A stretch of DNA of 64,000 bases from an uncultured virus (IMG/VR IMGVR_UViG_3300042006_000071). Lineage: Duplodnaviria > Heunggongvirae > Uroviricota > Caudoviricetes. The position numbers and the translations under genes were made by a program. The first letter of the stretch is position 1; every line of letters begins with the position of its first letter. The stretch is from the IMG/VR virus record IMGVR_UViG_3300042006_000071; one strand, written 5' to 3'. A model generated the notes under the pieces. The model was not told the DNA's origin and made no database searches. It saw only the letters and a list, made by a program, of their open reading frames with translations. Shown here piece by piece: positions 26,570-36,497 of this stretch.

Positions 26570-28462
26570 TTACGGGCGCACGGCGACGCCGAATGGAGTG
26601 TTGAGGGTGTTGGTTGCGTCCCAGGCCACGTTACCCGGTGCCTTCTCGAAGACGCCATAGCTGTATTCTGGCACGACGGACAAGGCCACATCGGTAATTT
26701 CCTTTTGCGTCGGGCCGGGTGCGCCGACCAGCAGGCCAAGCTGCCGGTTGTCGATGTCACCCTTCATGGCGAGCGCCACGACACCCACGGCCAGGATCGG
26801 GATCGTCGTACCGGCACCGGCAGGCAGTGCGGTGTTCGACGTGAAGAGGTCTTGCGCGCCGGACGTGGCCGAACGGATGTACGACTCGTCGGACGGCGGC
26901 AGCAGGCCCACCATCGTCCAGTGCGCGGAGCCGGACGCCGTGGCCCATTCGTTCGTCCCCTGGTCGGCGGTCGGCAGGCGCAGCGGAATCTGGATCGGGC
27001 CAAGGCGGTCGAGCAGCAGTTCGCCGTTCGGCGCTTGGTCGTCCACCATATAGATGTCGTCCAGCTTCGTGATCGCGCCGTTCTCGCTGATCCACACGAA
27101 CTCGAAAGCGGTCATGGCGCCAGCCGGTGCCGGGAGCGGGCAGGTGAGATCGAGCGTGTCGTTGATGTGCAGCGTCACGGTCAGGTTCGCCTTGTCGATG
27201 GTCAGTTCATAGTAGTAGTCCACGTTGCGCGCCGGGATCGCTACGCCGGTTTCGCCGCCCATCACGATCTGCGCAGGCCAGTCCATGTCCAGCACGTCGG
27301 TGATCGACAGGATGCGGCCACGCGCATTCGCGCGATGGCACCAGCCCACGGTGATCTTGTCGCCCGGTGCCTGGAACGTGCGCGCCACTTTGGTCGGCGG
27401 GGCCAGGGACACGTAGATCGCGGCGGTCGATGTCGAGGTGCTGCCGATTTTGTTGCCGACGACGACCCAGCCGGACTTGGTGCCGTGCAGCGCGAACACG
27501 TCGTTCAGTTGCGTGGTGCCGAGGCCAGCGATGGAAGGGGTCACGACCGTGCTGAACTCGTCGTCGCTCATTTTCACCTGACCGTTGGAGCCGACAGCCA
27601 TCCAGCGTCCATCGGTGTAGGCGAGGTCGTAGATCACACCGCTCATGATTGCCGCAGTGACCAACGCCCAGTTCGCGCCGCCGTCGATGGAGCGCAGGAT
27701 GTCGGCGTTGGCAGCGATCAACCAATGGCCGGTTTCAGTGCAGTCCACGCCGTTGATGCTGAATGAAGTGCCGGACGCGCGCACCGTGTAGTTGGTCAAG
27801 TCGTTCGTGGTCAAAAGCTGACCGCCGACGCCGCCGATGACCCACACGCCTGCGGAGAACTTCACGCAGATATTCGCCGATGCGCCAGCGCCGCTCGAAA
27901 CGTTCAGCCAGTCCACGCCGTCGTTGATCGAGTAGAAGATGCAGCCTGCGGCACCGTTCGCGCCGACCGCGAGCCAGTTGCCCGCGCCATCGGTCGCAAC
28001 GGCTTGCAGGTTCATGTTCGGCATCGGCGCGGCGCGCACGCCGAAGTTCTTGCCATCGGTCGAGCGCAGGATCATGCTGCCCTGGCCCACCGCGATCCAC
28101 GTGCTGTTGAAGTTTGCAATGTCGAGCATGTTGTTCGACACGCCCAGGATCACCGGCAGCATCGTCACGCCGTCGTCGGAGCCGACCGCAGCGCCGTTGT
28201 CACCGACCGCGACATAACGGCCTGCGGCGTTCACGGCGACCGCTCGGAGGTTCTGCTTGATGTTATTCACGCGGCTCGACCACGAATCGCCAGCGGTGCC
28301 TGCCGCGACTTGCAGTTCCAGCGCGTAGGAGCCGGGCTTGCGGCCATCTGTCATTGCGAGGCCGGACGACACGGTGAAGCCCGCCGAGGTCAGGGACGAC
28401 AGGAGGGTTTGACCAGCTTGGCCCTGGTACTGGTCGAAGCCCTCGATAAATTTAACGCTCAT
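26570..28462 (-). CDS. tail-fibre subunit paralog with propeller-like insertion
   Basis: FIEGFDQY N-terminus; about seven WxAVGxxG/SxDGxxW repeats. Confidence 0.78.
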   Translation of the reverse strand: MSVKFIEGFDQYQGQAGQTLLSSLTSAGFTVSSGLAMTDGRKPGSYALELQVAAGTAGDSWSSRVNNIKQNLRAVAVNAAGRYVAVGDNGAAVGSDDGVTMLPVILGVSNNMLDIANFNSTWIAVGQGSMILRSTDGKNFGVRAAPMPNMNLQAVATDGAGNWLAVGANGAAGCIFYSINDGVDWLNVSSGAGASANICVKFSAGVWVIGGVGGQLLTTNDLTNYTVRASGTSFSINGVDCTETGHWLIAANADILRSIDGGANWALVTAAIMSGVIYDLAYTDGRWMAVGSNGQVKMSDDEFSTVVTPSIAGLGTTQLNDVFALHGTKSGWVVVGNKIGSTSTSTAAIYVSLAPPTKVARTFQAPGDKITVGWCHRANARGRILSITDVLDMDWPAQIVMGGETGVAIPARNVDYYYELTIDKANLTVTLHINDTLDLTCPLPAPAGAMTAFEFVWISENGAITKLDDIYMVDDQAPNGELLLDRLGPIQIPLRLPTADQGTNEWATASGSAHWTMVGLLPPSDESYIRSATSGAQDLFTSNTALPAGAGTTIPILAVGVVALAMKGDIDNRQLGLLVGAPGPTQKEITDVALSVVPEYSYGVFEKAPGNVAWDATNTLNTPFGVAVRP

Positions 28463-28475
28463 ATTGTTTTCCTCT

Positions 28476-29468
28476 TTATGGAGTTGCTACGTTGATGCCG
28501 AACTCAGATGCCACTACGCCGGGCGGCGTGTCGCCCGCGACCTGATCGAAGAACACGTACTGCGTCTTCCAGTCGTCGCCGACCTCCCGCTTGTCGCTGC
28601 GCGCTGCGATTGCGCCGGAATTGCCGCCCATGAACACGCCCAGCTTTGCGTTCAGCGTCGGAGCCTTGCGCGCCATGACCACGATGCCGGTCGCCAGGAT
28701 CGCGCTATCGTTCGGCAGTGCCGTGTTCGACTTGAAGCGATCCTCTTTGCCGATGGTGTCGCCCGCCACGTAGGCGTCCAGAGGCTCAGGTGGATGCAGC
28801 GACAAGGACTGGGCGTGCGTCATGGTGGCGCTGGCCTTGAACCACTCCGCGTTCACGTCGAGGTCAGGGAAGCGCGTCGTCACGATCACCGGGCCGATGC
28901 GGTCGCCGTCGCGTGCGTAGAAGTCGTCGAAGTATTTGATGCCGGTGTCGGCGCGTGCTGGCATTTCCGGTGGACGGTAGGTCGCCGAGTCCTGATAGCC
29001 CAGCTTCACCGTCACCGTTTCACCGGCAGCGAAGCCGTCCGGCAGCGTGATCGACGAGTCGAACTTGTTGTTGATCCACAGTTCGCAGGTGGTGCGCGAC
29101 ATCTTCAACTCGTAGTAGTACCAGCGGTTCTTGGTCGGCAGCGCGCCGCCAGGATTCGCGTTCAGCATCGGCAGGCCGTTGATCTCGTTCAGCCACAACT
29201 GGATGGACGCGCCACCGGCAGTCACGCGCATCAGCGCGCCGCGATCTGCGAAGTTGAAGGCTGCGCCGCAAGCGAAGACCGGCCCGGCCCAGTCGAACAC
29301 GCGCGAGATCGAAACGCCACCGCCGCCCAGGGCCGTGGAGCCGGGAACCGACGAGCGCCCGGCCACGGCGGTCATGGTGCCAAGCGGCGTCCACTCCGCA
29401 GTCTCCAACAGACCATTCGGCGAGCCGCTGCCGCTGAACTCTTCAAAGCCGTCAATAAACATTCTCAA
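28476..29468 (-). CDS. tail-fibre subunit paralog
   Basis: FIDGFEEF N-terminus; FDDFY...RIGP; FGI C-terminus. Confidence 0.75.
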   Translation of the reverse strand: MRMFIDGFEEFSGSGSPNGLLETAEWTPLGTMTAVAGRSSVPGSTALGGGGVSISRVFDWAGPVFACGAAFNFADRGALMRVTAGGASIQLWLNEINGLPMLNANPGGALPTKNRWYYYELKMSRTTCELWINNKFDSSITLPDGFAAGETVTVKLGYQDSATYRPPEMPARADTGIKYFDDFYARDGDRIGPVIVTTRFPDLDVNAEWFKASATMTHAQSLSLHPPEPLDAYVAGDTIGKEDRFKSNTALPNDSAILATGIVVMARKAPTLNAKLGVFMGGNSGAIAARSDKREVGDDWKTQYVFFDQVAGDTPPGVVASEFGINVATP

Positions 29469-29473
29469 CCCCC

Positions 29474-30199
29474 TCAGTTATTCAACAGGAACCGCAAGGT
29501 CACGGTGTAGTCGCGCCAGAAGTCCGGCAGCACCGCAGGCAGCACGAAGCTCACCGTCTGCCCCTTGGCGAACGGCTTGTCGCCGACGATGGTGAACGTC
29601 GCGTCCACCGAACCCGGCACGAATGATACAGTGCCGATCTGCTCGACATAGTTGCGCATGATGGCGATATTGACCGGCGAGTTTGGCGCTTGCTTTGCAC
29701 GGCCAACCGCCATGTCGCCACCACCGTCAGGCAGCGTCATGTCTTCAGGCAGGCACGCACCGCCGATGGTTTCGCCCGGCTCACCCTCGAAGCCGACGTA
29801 CATCACAATGTCGTAGCGCGTACCCTGGAGCGGCGGCGGGTTCGGATCGACGTTGGCCTCGGTCGTCCACTCGATCCCATTCCAGAAGAACCAGCCAGCG
29901 GGTGCCGCGCAGCCGATGCGGACGCCCTTCGTCGGCGTACAGAAAATCCAACCGGCCTCGGTGAAGATGGCGAGGTCGTTGTCCTGGCCTTCCCAGTCGC
30001 CGGTCGCACCGACGCCGATGATGTACATCGCGCCGATGGTGTTGGCTTCGGGCGGCGTCACGGCGTTCAGTTCGAGCACCCACGGATGCAGCAGCATGTC
30101 GGTGCGAACGAAGTTGTCGGAGACTGGATCGCCCCACCAGTCCTCGCCGCGCAGCCAGCCGTAGCTCAGTTTGTATCGTGCTGATTCGTGTCGTGCCAT
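29474..30199 (-). CDS. DUF2793-like tail fibre protein
   Basis: GAMYIIG..ATGDWEGQDNDLAIF...GWIFCTPTKG motif. Confidence 0.75.
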   Translation of the reverse strand: MARHESARYKLSYGWLRGEDWWGDPVSDNFVRTDMLLHPWVLELNAVTPPEANTIGAMYIIGVGATGDWEGQDNDLAIFTEAGWIFCTPTKGVRIGCAAPAGWFFWNGIEWTTEANVDPNPPPLQGTRYDIVMYVGFEGEPGETIGGACLPEDMTLPDGGGDMAVGRAKQAPNSPVNIAIMRNYVEQIGTVSFVPGSVDATFTIVGDKPFAKGQTVSFVLPAVLPDFWRDYTVTLRFLLNN

Positions 30200-30202
30200 T
30201 TC

Positions 30203-32647
30203 TTAATCCCCTTGATTGTCCTTCGTGTATGCGTCCCAGTGGCGATCCCAGTTCAAGTCCCAGTGCGCCGCGAGATTCGGATTCGGATCGTTCGGATCAG
30301 GATCAGGCGGATCGACCGGATCAGGCCACTCGGGCGGCACTTCTGGCGGCAGCGGCGGGCCAGTGCCATCGTCACCGTCGTCGCCGTTATCAATCGGGTC
30401 TTTCGGCCCGTCGCCGGTATTATCGCCTCCCGGCGTTTGACCCCCAGGTGTTTCATTGCCGGTGTCGCCGTTACCGTTGCCGGTGTCGCCCGGAAGCTGA
30501 CCGCCGCCTGGGTTCTGGCCGGGTGGGCATTTGTACGACGGCAGGCCCAGCGGGATCACGTAGTTCTGCCAGGACGCGAGGTCGTAGCGCAGCGATTCGA
30601 GCACGAGGCCGATGGTGACGCGACCGCAGACGCCGAGGGCCGCGCCCGCGCGATAGCCGTCCGTCTTCGCCATGTCGTAGGTGTAGGTGAAGCTGGTGCC
30701 GTCCACGATCTCTTCGCGGATTTTCACCTCGTAACTTGGCTGGTCTTTCGGCTTGACCCACACGCTGATGCGCAGGCGATACTTCTGATCCGACTCCGCG
30801 CCCTGGTCGGCGGCGAGGTGGTCGATGATCTGCGCGCCTTGCGCGGTGCGGTGACGATGCACCCACGTGATGACGACCGGCGAACCTGCGGTCGGCAGCG
30901 CACCCTTGTACCACGGCTGGCCGTTCACCTGCACCTGCCCTGGCGGGTACGGGCGCAGTGAGCGCGACTTCGTTTGCAGGCGGTCAGTCGGCACGTCGAT
31001 CAGCTTCAGCGGCGGGCCATACACGGACGGCCGCATTTTCACCTGCACCGCGCCGCCCATCACGCCGCCGATCAGCTTCTCCGGGTAGTCAGTGGGGTCA
31101 CGACCGTATGCTGCGCCGAAGAACCAGATGCGAGCGTTTTTGTTGTGACGCGCAGGCACCGTGTCATAGCAGCCGCGTGCGATGGTGACGCCGCTTTCGC
31201 TGACCGACTCAATGCGAATCATTTCTGCGTCCACCTGGGCGATCTGGCCCGGCACCACGTCAGACAGCGACACGCCATCCACGAAGGACGTGGCCTCGAA
31301 GCTGATGGCCGTGTCGAGTTGCGCAATGGGGTCTTTCAGCGTGGCCCACGGCGTCCATTGCGGATCGGTGCGATGCTCGTAGGAGAACATGCCGCCGCTG
31401 CCCGCAGGCCAGTCGTAGCGCGTCCAGATGTCGTGCGAGTCCGTCAGGCGGTCAGACGGGCGCGCGGCTACCGTGACGAGCATGTGGGCCTCGGGGCCGT
31501 CACCATGCGCCGCCATGAACGCATACGGCGCTTCAAACAGGTTGCGGTTCAGCGGCGTGTAGAAGTTGGTTTCCTGACCGGCACCCTGCGCGACCTGGGC
31601 CACGAACATGCCGTCAGCGCCAACTGCATCGGTGTCCGGCGTTTCAAGGCCCGGCGTCTGTGCCACGATCTGCGCGAGTTGGCCGTCGAACAGCATGTCG
31701 AAGGTCGGCGGCGTGTTCGGATCGTTGATCGGGTTCGGCGTCTGCGCGGCCAGTTCGGCAAGCTGCGCGACCTTGATGAAGAAGCCCTGGATGTTGACCT
31801 TGAAGTCGATGCGGTAGTTCTGCCACGAGTCGAAGCCCTGGCGCGTCGAGCAGAAGATGATGTGACCCGGCACCAGTTCCTCTTCCTCGGTCGGGTTGTC
31901 GAAGCCCATGTCGTCCATCGCCATCTGCCACGTGTAGTTCCACGACGGCGTGAGCAACTGGCCGTACTTGTCGCGCAGGATCGCCATGATGCCGGTGACG
32001 GTGCGCTTCAGGTTGCCGTTGCCATCGTAGATGCGGGCGGTGTAGGTCGTGCCGGACTCCGGGCCGATGTTGCCAACGTCATGATCGACAAGCTGGTCGG
32101 CCTGCGTGATGCGGTCACGGTGCGTCCAGTTGAAGATCATGCTCGGGTTGTCGGCGGCGAGCACCTGTTCGACGTACCAGCGCTGCCCGCGTACCATCAT
32201 CTGCCCAGGCGGGTACGGACGATAGAAGCGGTAGTTGTAGGTGATGGTGTCGATCTCCGATTGGTGAATCGGATAGTTGCCGCCACCCGCAGTGTAGGGG
32301 CTGTACTTCACGCTGTTCGTTTCGCCCGCGACGTGCTCTCGTCCGTCAGTGCTGACTTGCGCGCTGTTGAAGAACCAGATCAGCGCACCTTTCGGATGCT
32401 TCGCTGGTACGGTGTCGGCGCAGCCGCGCTTGACCGTCACGCCAGTAGCGGTGATGGCGACCAACTGCATGAACTCTTCTTCGCACAGGCAGGCCATGCC
32501 GATCTTCAGCGCGTCAATCGTTGGGAAGTTCGTGCGGCCAAGTGGGATGTCGCGGGTCAGGTAGTCGATGTTCGCGTTCAGTTCGGACAGCGGTGTGAAC
32601 TGGCCTGCCCGCGTGTTGCTGGGTGCTTTGTAGTCTGTATTCGCCAT
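30203..32647 (-). CDS. tail tip protein with two repeated modules and Pro/Gly/Asp-rich tail
   Basis: Two RGCxDTVPAxH...RPYPPGQ modules; WDLNWDRHW end. Confidence 0.8.
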   Translation of the reverse strand: MANTDYKAPSNTRAGQFTPLSELNANIDYLTRDIPLGRTNFPTIDALKIGMACLCEEEFMQLVAITATGVTVKRGCADTVPAKHPKGALIWFFNSAQVSTDGREHVAGETNSVKYSPYTAGGGNYPIHQSEIDTITYNYRFYRPYPPGQMMVRGQRWYVEQVLAADNPSMIFNWTHRDRITQADQLVDHDVGNIGPESGTTYTARIYDGNGNLKRTVTGIMAILRDKYGQLLTPSWNYTWQMAMDDMGFDNPTEEEELVPGHIIFCSTRQGFDSWQNYRIDFKVNIQGFFIKVAQLAELAAQTPNPINDPNTPPTFDMLFDGQLAQIVAQTPGLETPDTDAVGADGMFVAQVAQGAGQETNFYTPLNRNLFEAPYAFMAAHGDGPEAHMLVTVAARPSDRLTDSHDIWTRYDWPAGSGGMFSYEHRTDPQWTPWATLKDPIAQLDTAISFEATSFVDGVSLSDVVPGQIAQVDAEMIRIESVSESGVTIARGCYDTVPARHNKNARIWFFGAAYGRDPTDYPEKLIGGVMGGAVQVKMRPSVYGPPLKLIDVPTDRLQTKSRSLRPYPPGQVQVNGQPWYKGALPTAGSPVVITWVHRHRTAQGAQIIDHLAADQGAESDQKYRLRISVWVKPKDQPSYEVKIREEIVDGTSFTYTYDMAKTDGYRAGAALGVCGRVTIGLVLESLRYDLASWQNYVIPLGLPSYKCPPGQNPGGGQLPGDTGNGNGDTGNETPGGQTPGGDNTGDGPKDPIDNGDDGDDGTGPPLPPEVPPEWPDPVDPPDPDPNDPNPNLAAHWDLNWDRHWDAYTKDNQGD

Positions 32648-32653
32648 GAGGTA

Positions 32654-34582
32654 TCAGCAAGGATAGGAAGGAACGCGAATCGGAATCCAGTAGTGCTGCC
32701 ACGCTGCGTAGCCGCCCCTGATCGTGTAGATCGCACAGGTGATGACCACGCTGCCGCAGACGCCGAGTGCCGCGCCCGCGATTGCGCCGTCAGCCTGGGC
32801 CATCGCATAGGTGTAGTTGAAGATGCCGTCCTGCACGCCCGGCTCGCCTGGAATCGTGAACGGGGCGACTGTGACCGTGCGCAGATCGTGCTGCACCGGA
32901 GGATCGCCTGGATTCACTGGCGGCGTTTGGTAGAAGAAGGTCAAGACCGCTTGCGTGCCTGCCTCCGGGTCGATGGACGGATAGGTGTGATCGAACGCTG
33001 CGGAGCCTTGCGTCTGCCGGTTGCGCCACGCCCAGGTGATCTCAAGCGACTGGCCCGACATGACCTGGGCCTCTTCATACCAGGGCCGACCACCAACGAC
33101 CAACTGGGCCACGTTGTATGGCCGCAGCGCGCGGTTGTTGAAGGTGACGGTGTTCAGGGCAGTGACGGGCAGCGTGTTCGGGTCAGGCAGCGAGCCGTAG
33201 GTCTTAGGCTGGAAGCGATACTCGTGCGTCTCACCGGCTGCGCGGCCAGTCGGATCGACGACCGACACGTGGTCGAAGAACACCACGCCGACGCCAGCGA
33301 TGTGCCGTGCAGGGATCGTGTCGCCGACGCCGCGACCAACCGTGTACACGTCGCCCTTCAGCGACTTGAACTCGACGTACTCTTGTTCGATCAGTGCGAT
33401 CTTGCCGACGAGGTTGCCACTGTCAGGAAGGCGCACGCCGTCCCACAGCGACATCGCAGAAACGTTGAACTCAGTCTCCAATTCGGTGACGCCGAATTCC
33501 AGCGTGAACCAGGGCGTGTAGTCACCGTTCGCCACAGTCTCGTTGTGCTGCACCTGCACGTAGATCGGATTGCCCTCGCCATCCACCTCGCCGCTGTCTT
33601 CAGTCGTGACCCAGTGACGAACGAGGTTGTAGCCATCGGACATGCGGTCAGCCGGGCGCGAGGCCACGGCCATTGCCCGCGCATCGTTGACGCTGTAGCC
33701 CTTGCGCGCATTGAAGATGTACGCCGTCTCCTGCACGTACTGCCAAAAGTTCTGCCACTGCGGCGTGATCGGCGACGCGCTCGGCACCACCGTGACCGGG
33801 ATGAAGTACCACTGCAACGACTCCATCGCATCGCGCTCGCTGATGAAGGTGGCGAGCAGGTTGACCGGCGACGCCGGATAGCCCGCATCCTTCAATGCCT
33901 TGGAGTGCTGGTACATGAAGGCGTTGCCGCGAATGCCCGGCTCCGCGCGAATCAGTGTGGTGCCAGTCTGATCGTAGATGCGCAGCGTGTACGTTGTTCC
34001 GGCTTCCGGCGCGACCTGGGCATCGTCATGGCCGACAAGCTGGTCAGCCTGCGTTACGCGGTTGCGGTCGCGCCACGTCAGGTTCATGCTGCCGGTGGTG
34101 TCGTCGATGGTCGCCCCGGCGAACCAGCGGGCCGTGTTGGCGAACAGGTAGGCGGGCGGGTAAGGGCGGAACTTCCGCCAGTTGAAGGTCACAGCGTTCG
34201 GTGGTGCCATTGCAACCGGCAGCGCGCCGCCGCCGATGGTGAAGGGCGTGATCTTCACCGCGATCTGTTCGCCCGCGCTGCGCTCCTTCTTGTCGCTGCC
34301 CACGGAGCCGGTGATGATCCAGACAATCGAGCCAGCCGCGTGCGGGTTCGGCACGGTGTCGGCACAGCCGCGCTTTACCGTCATGGTGCGGATGCCGATA
34401 GTCTCGATGCGGATGATCTCTTCGTCCCACAGGCAGGCCATGCCCGGCTGGATCGCGTCAATCGTCGCTGCGTTAAATTCGGTGTAGTCGATAGTGGTGT
34501 CCAAATGGGAAAGCGCCACGTCCGTTTTCACGAAGGTGGCGAAGTTCCCGGTGCCGGATCGTTTGTAATCTACGTTGCTCAT
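32654..34582 (-). CDS. tail tip protein with two repeated modules
   Basis: Paralog of 30203-32647. Confidence 0.8.
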   Translation of the reverse strand: MSNVDYKRSGTGNFATFVKTDVALSHLDTTIDYTEFNAATIDAIQPGMACLWDEEIIRIETIGIRTMTVKRGCADTVPNPHAAGSIVWIITGSVGSDKKERSAGEQIAVKITPFTIGGGALPVAMAPPNAVTFNWRKFRPYPPAYLFANTARWFAGATIDDTTGSMNLTWRDRNRVTQADQLVGHDDAQVAPEAGTTYTLRIYDQTGTTLIRAEPGIRGNAFMYQHSKALKDAGYPASPVNLLATFISERDAMESLQWYFIPVTVVPSASPITPQWQNFWQYVQETAYIFNARKGYSVNDARAMAVASRPADRMSDGYNLVRHWVTTEDSGEVDGEGNPIYVQVQHNETVANGDYTPWFTLEFGVTELETEFNVSAMSLWDGVRLPDSGNLVGKIALIEQEYVEFKSLKGDVYTVGRGVGDTIPARHIAGVGVVFFDHVSVVDPTGRAAGETHEYRFQPKTYGSLPDPNTLPVTALNTVTFNNRALRPYNVAQLVVGGRPWYEEAQVMSGQSLEITWAWRNRQTQGSAAFDHTYPSIDPEAGTQAVLTFFYQTPPVNPGDPPVQHDLRTVTVAPFTIPGEPGVQDGIFNYTYAMAQADGAIAGAALGVCGSVVITCAIYTIRGGYAAWQHYWIPIRVPSYPC

Positions 34583-36048
34583 GGGGTCGGTGGCTGTTCG
34601 TCAGGAGTTGGTGGGCCGTTCTTCACGAAGATGTTGTATGCCAGCGAGAGGTCGGAGGGCTTCGCCACCACCGTGCCGAGGAAGCCGCTGTCCTCTTCCA
34701 GATAGTCGAAGTCGGCGGGAGTCATGGTTTGCTTCAGCAGGAAGTACGGCACCTCGAATGCGCGGTGCTCCTTCAGGATCGGCTTGTTGTTTGGCTTCAC
34801 CCAGTTCGGCGGCTCGGTGCCGGTGAACGATGTCTGCGGCAGCGCGAACACGTCCTGCACGGCCTGGATCGTGATGGTGCCGGACGAGAGCGTGCCGTCG
34901 TCAATGCGGCCCACGCGCACCACCACGTTGTCGATGCCGCGCACTGCGTCGCTGATGCGGATGACGCCTGCCGGTGGAACCCTCCAAGCGCGGCGGTCGA
35001 AGGTGATGTTGAACCGGCGCAGGGCCAGGGCGTTCAGGCGCAGTTCACGCTGGGCCACGCGCATCGCCAATTCCGCAGTCGGCACGCCGGTATAGGACTT
35101 CTTGAGGGAGTTGAAGACGCCGCGTGTGGCTTGCAGCACTGCGAGGTTCTGCGCGCCGACCGTGCGCTTCAAGCCGCTGACCGGATCGGTGTACTCCACC
35201 ACCACCTCGTTCACGGAAGGGCCGAGTGCCGACACGTCCGCTTCCTTGATTTCGAGGATGCCGCTGTCGGTCGTGAACAGTGGCAGGGTGGTCGGATCGT
35301 AGTCGAAGCGGATCAGCTTCAGCGTGATAAGGGAAGTCTCTCGGTCGGCGTAGATCGCAGCGCCGATGGTGTCGATGATACCCTGGACGAACGATTGCAG
35401 CGAATCGCGGCGCGACCACCGCACGCACATGCCGAAGCCCTCGGCGGCAAGCGTGTCGGCGCAGGCCGTGAAGGACGCGGTGTTGATTTGCGACGCGGGC
35501 AGGCCGCGACCCCACTCGCGGTTCGTCAGGCACTCGTAGATGATGTGCGCCGGGTTCATCGCCTTGATGTTGATGTCGGACTCGGACGTGTCGGCGTCCT
35601 TCTTGCCGACCAGTGGAATCACGGCCTTCTCAGGATACCATGGCGCGTCACCCTCCCAGCCCTTCGTGGCGCGGCGCACGCGGAATTTCCAGATTTTCGG
35701 ATAGGGGCTGTTCGCGGAAATGAAGCCGTCGAAGAAGTAGGTCGCCATGCGCCGGAAGCCGGGCAGCGCGTGGCCCAGCATGGCGACAAGGCCGCTGTCC
35801 GCGACCTGATCCGACTTCCCCATCATCAGCTTGCCGGTGCCTTGCACGCCACCTTCCTGCTTCTCGCCGCCGAACAGATTGGGCGCGTCGATGTCCAGGC
35901 TACCGCTGTCGGTGCGGCTACCAGTCCAGGCGGTCTTGTCGCCGACCCGCACTTCGATCACTTCGTCCAGCGGGCCACGCGACAGACCCATGTGAATGCC
36001 GAAGCCGTAGTAATAGCCTGTTACGGGAGTTTCGCTTTTACCGCCCAT
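34579..36048 (-). CDS. tail hub/central tail protein
   Basis: MGGK...GIHMGLSRGP, LFGGEKQEGG, MNPAHIIYE motifs. Confidence 0.85.
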   Translation of the reverse strand: MGGKSETPVTGYYYGFGIHMGLSRGPLDEVIEVRVGDKTAWTGSRTDSGSLDIDAPNLFGGEKQEGGVQGTGKLMMGKSDQVADSGLVAMLGHALPGFRRMATYFFDGFISANSPYPKIWKFRVRRATKGWEGDAPWYPEKAVIPLVGKKDADTSESDINIKAMNPAHIIYECLTNREWGRGLPASQINTASFTACADTLAAEGFGMCVRWSRRDSLQSFVQGIIDTIGAAIYADRETSLITLKLIRFDYDPTTLPLFTTDSGILEIKEADVSALGPSVNEVVVEYTDPVSGLKRTVGAQNLAVLQATRGVFNSLKKSYTGVPTAELAMRVAQRELRLNALALRRFNITFDRRAWRVPPAGVIRISDAVRGIDNVVVRVGRIDDGTLSSGTITIQAVQDVFALPQTSFTGTEPPNWVKPNNKPILKEHRAFEVPYFLLKQTMTPADFDYLEEDSGFLGTVVAKPSDLSLAYNIFVKNGPPTPDEQPPTP

Positions 36049-36253
36049 CGTTCACCTCGTTGTGTTTATTGCGAACGTGCTGCGCCACCATCTGCGCGAA
36101 GTGATCGTCAATCGCTTCGATGCGCTCCACGTTCATGCCGTTTTGCAGGAAGTCGCGGAAGTCGAGGTTGTGTGCAGCAAACCATTCGCGCGCTCCGCGT
36201 GCGCACAGATGCACGTCGCGGATGTCCTGAATTGTGAAAGTCACCGCGCTCAC
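36038..36253 (-). CDS. small tail assembly protein
   Basis: CARGAREWF motif; position in tail-tip cluster. Confidence 0.75.
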   Translation of the reverse strand: MSAVTFTIQDIRDVHLCARGAREWFAAHNLDFRDFLQNGMNVERIEAIDDHFAQMVAQHVRNKHNEVNDGR

Positions 36254-36486
36254 TTCTTGCCACCTTCAGTGGTGATGGACTGGACTCGATAGTTGCCGAC
36301 TGCGAGCACCGTCCAGTCAGTGATCCAGCAGTCGCCGAAGACGACGCACTGCGGCGTGCCTTCGTCGGCCTGCGGGAAGTCGATGTCCTCGAATGCGGCT
36401 GGTCGCGCGTTCTGCTGCTTCGGCTGCATCGAAGCCGAGATCAGGTACGACGCGACCAGATAAAAGATTGCCCACCAAATGTTCAT
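36250..36486 (-). CDS. small tail assembly protein
   Basis: FPQADEGTPQCVVFGDCW motif. Confidence 0.75.
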   Translation of the reverse strand: MNIWWAIFYLVASYLISASMQPKQQNARPAAFEDIDFPQADEGTPQCVVFGDCWITDWTVLAVGNYRVQSITTEGGKK

Positions 36487-36497
36487 TGTCGCTCCTT

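Noticed and set aside
30203..34582. Duplicated tail modules as DGR template/variable repeats or an invertible cassette
   Set aside because: Similarity is mainly protein-level, with no adenine-specific near-identical DNA pair noticed; no RT or invertase
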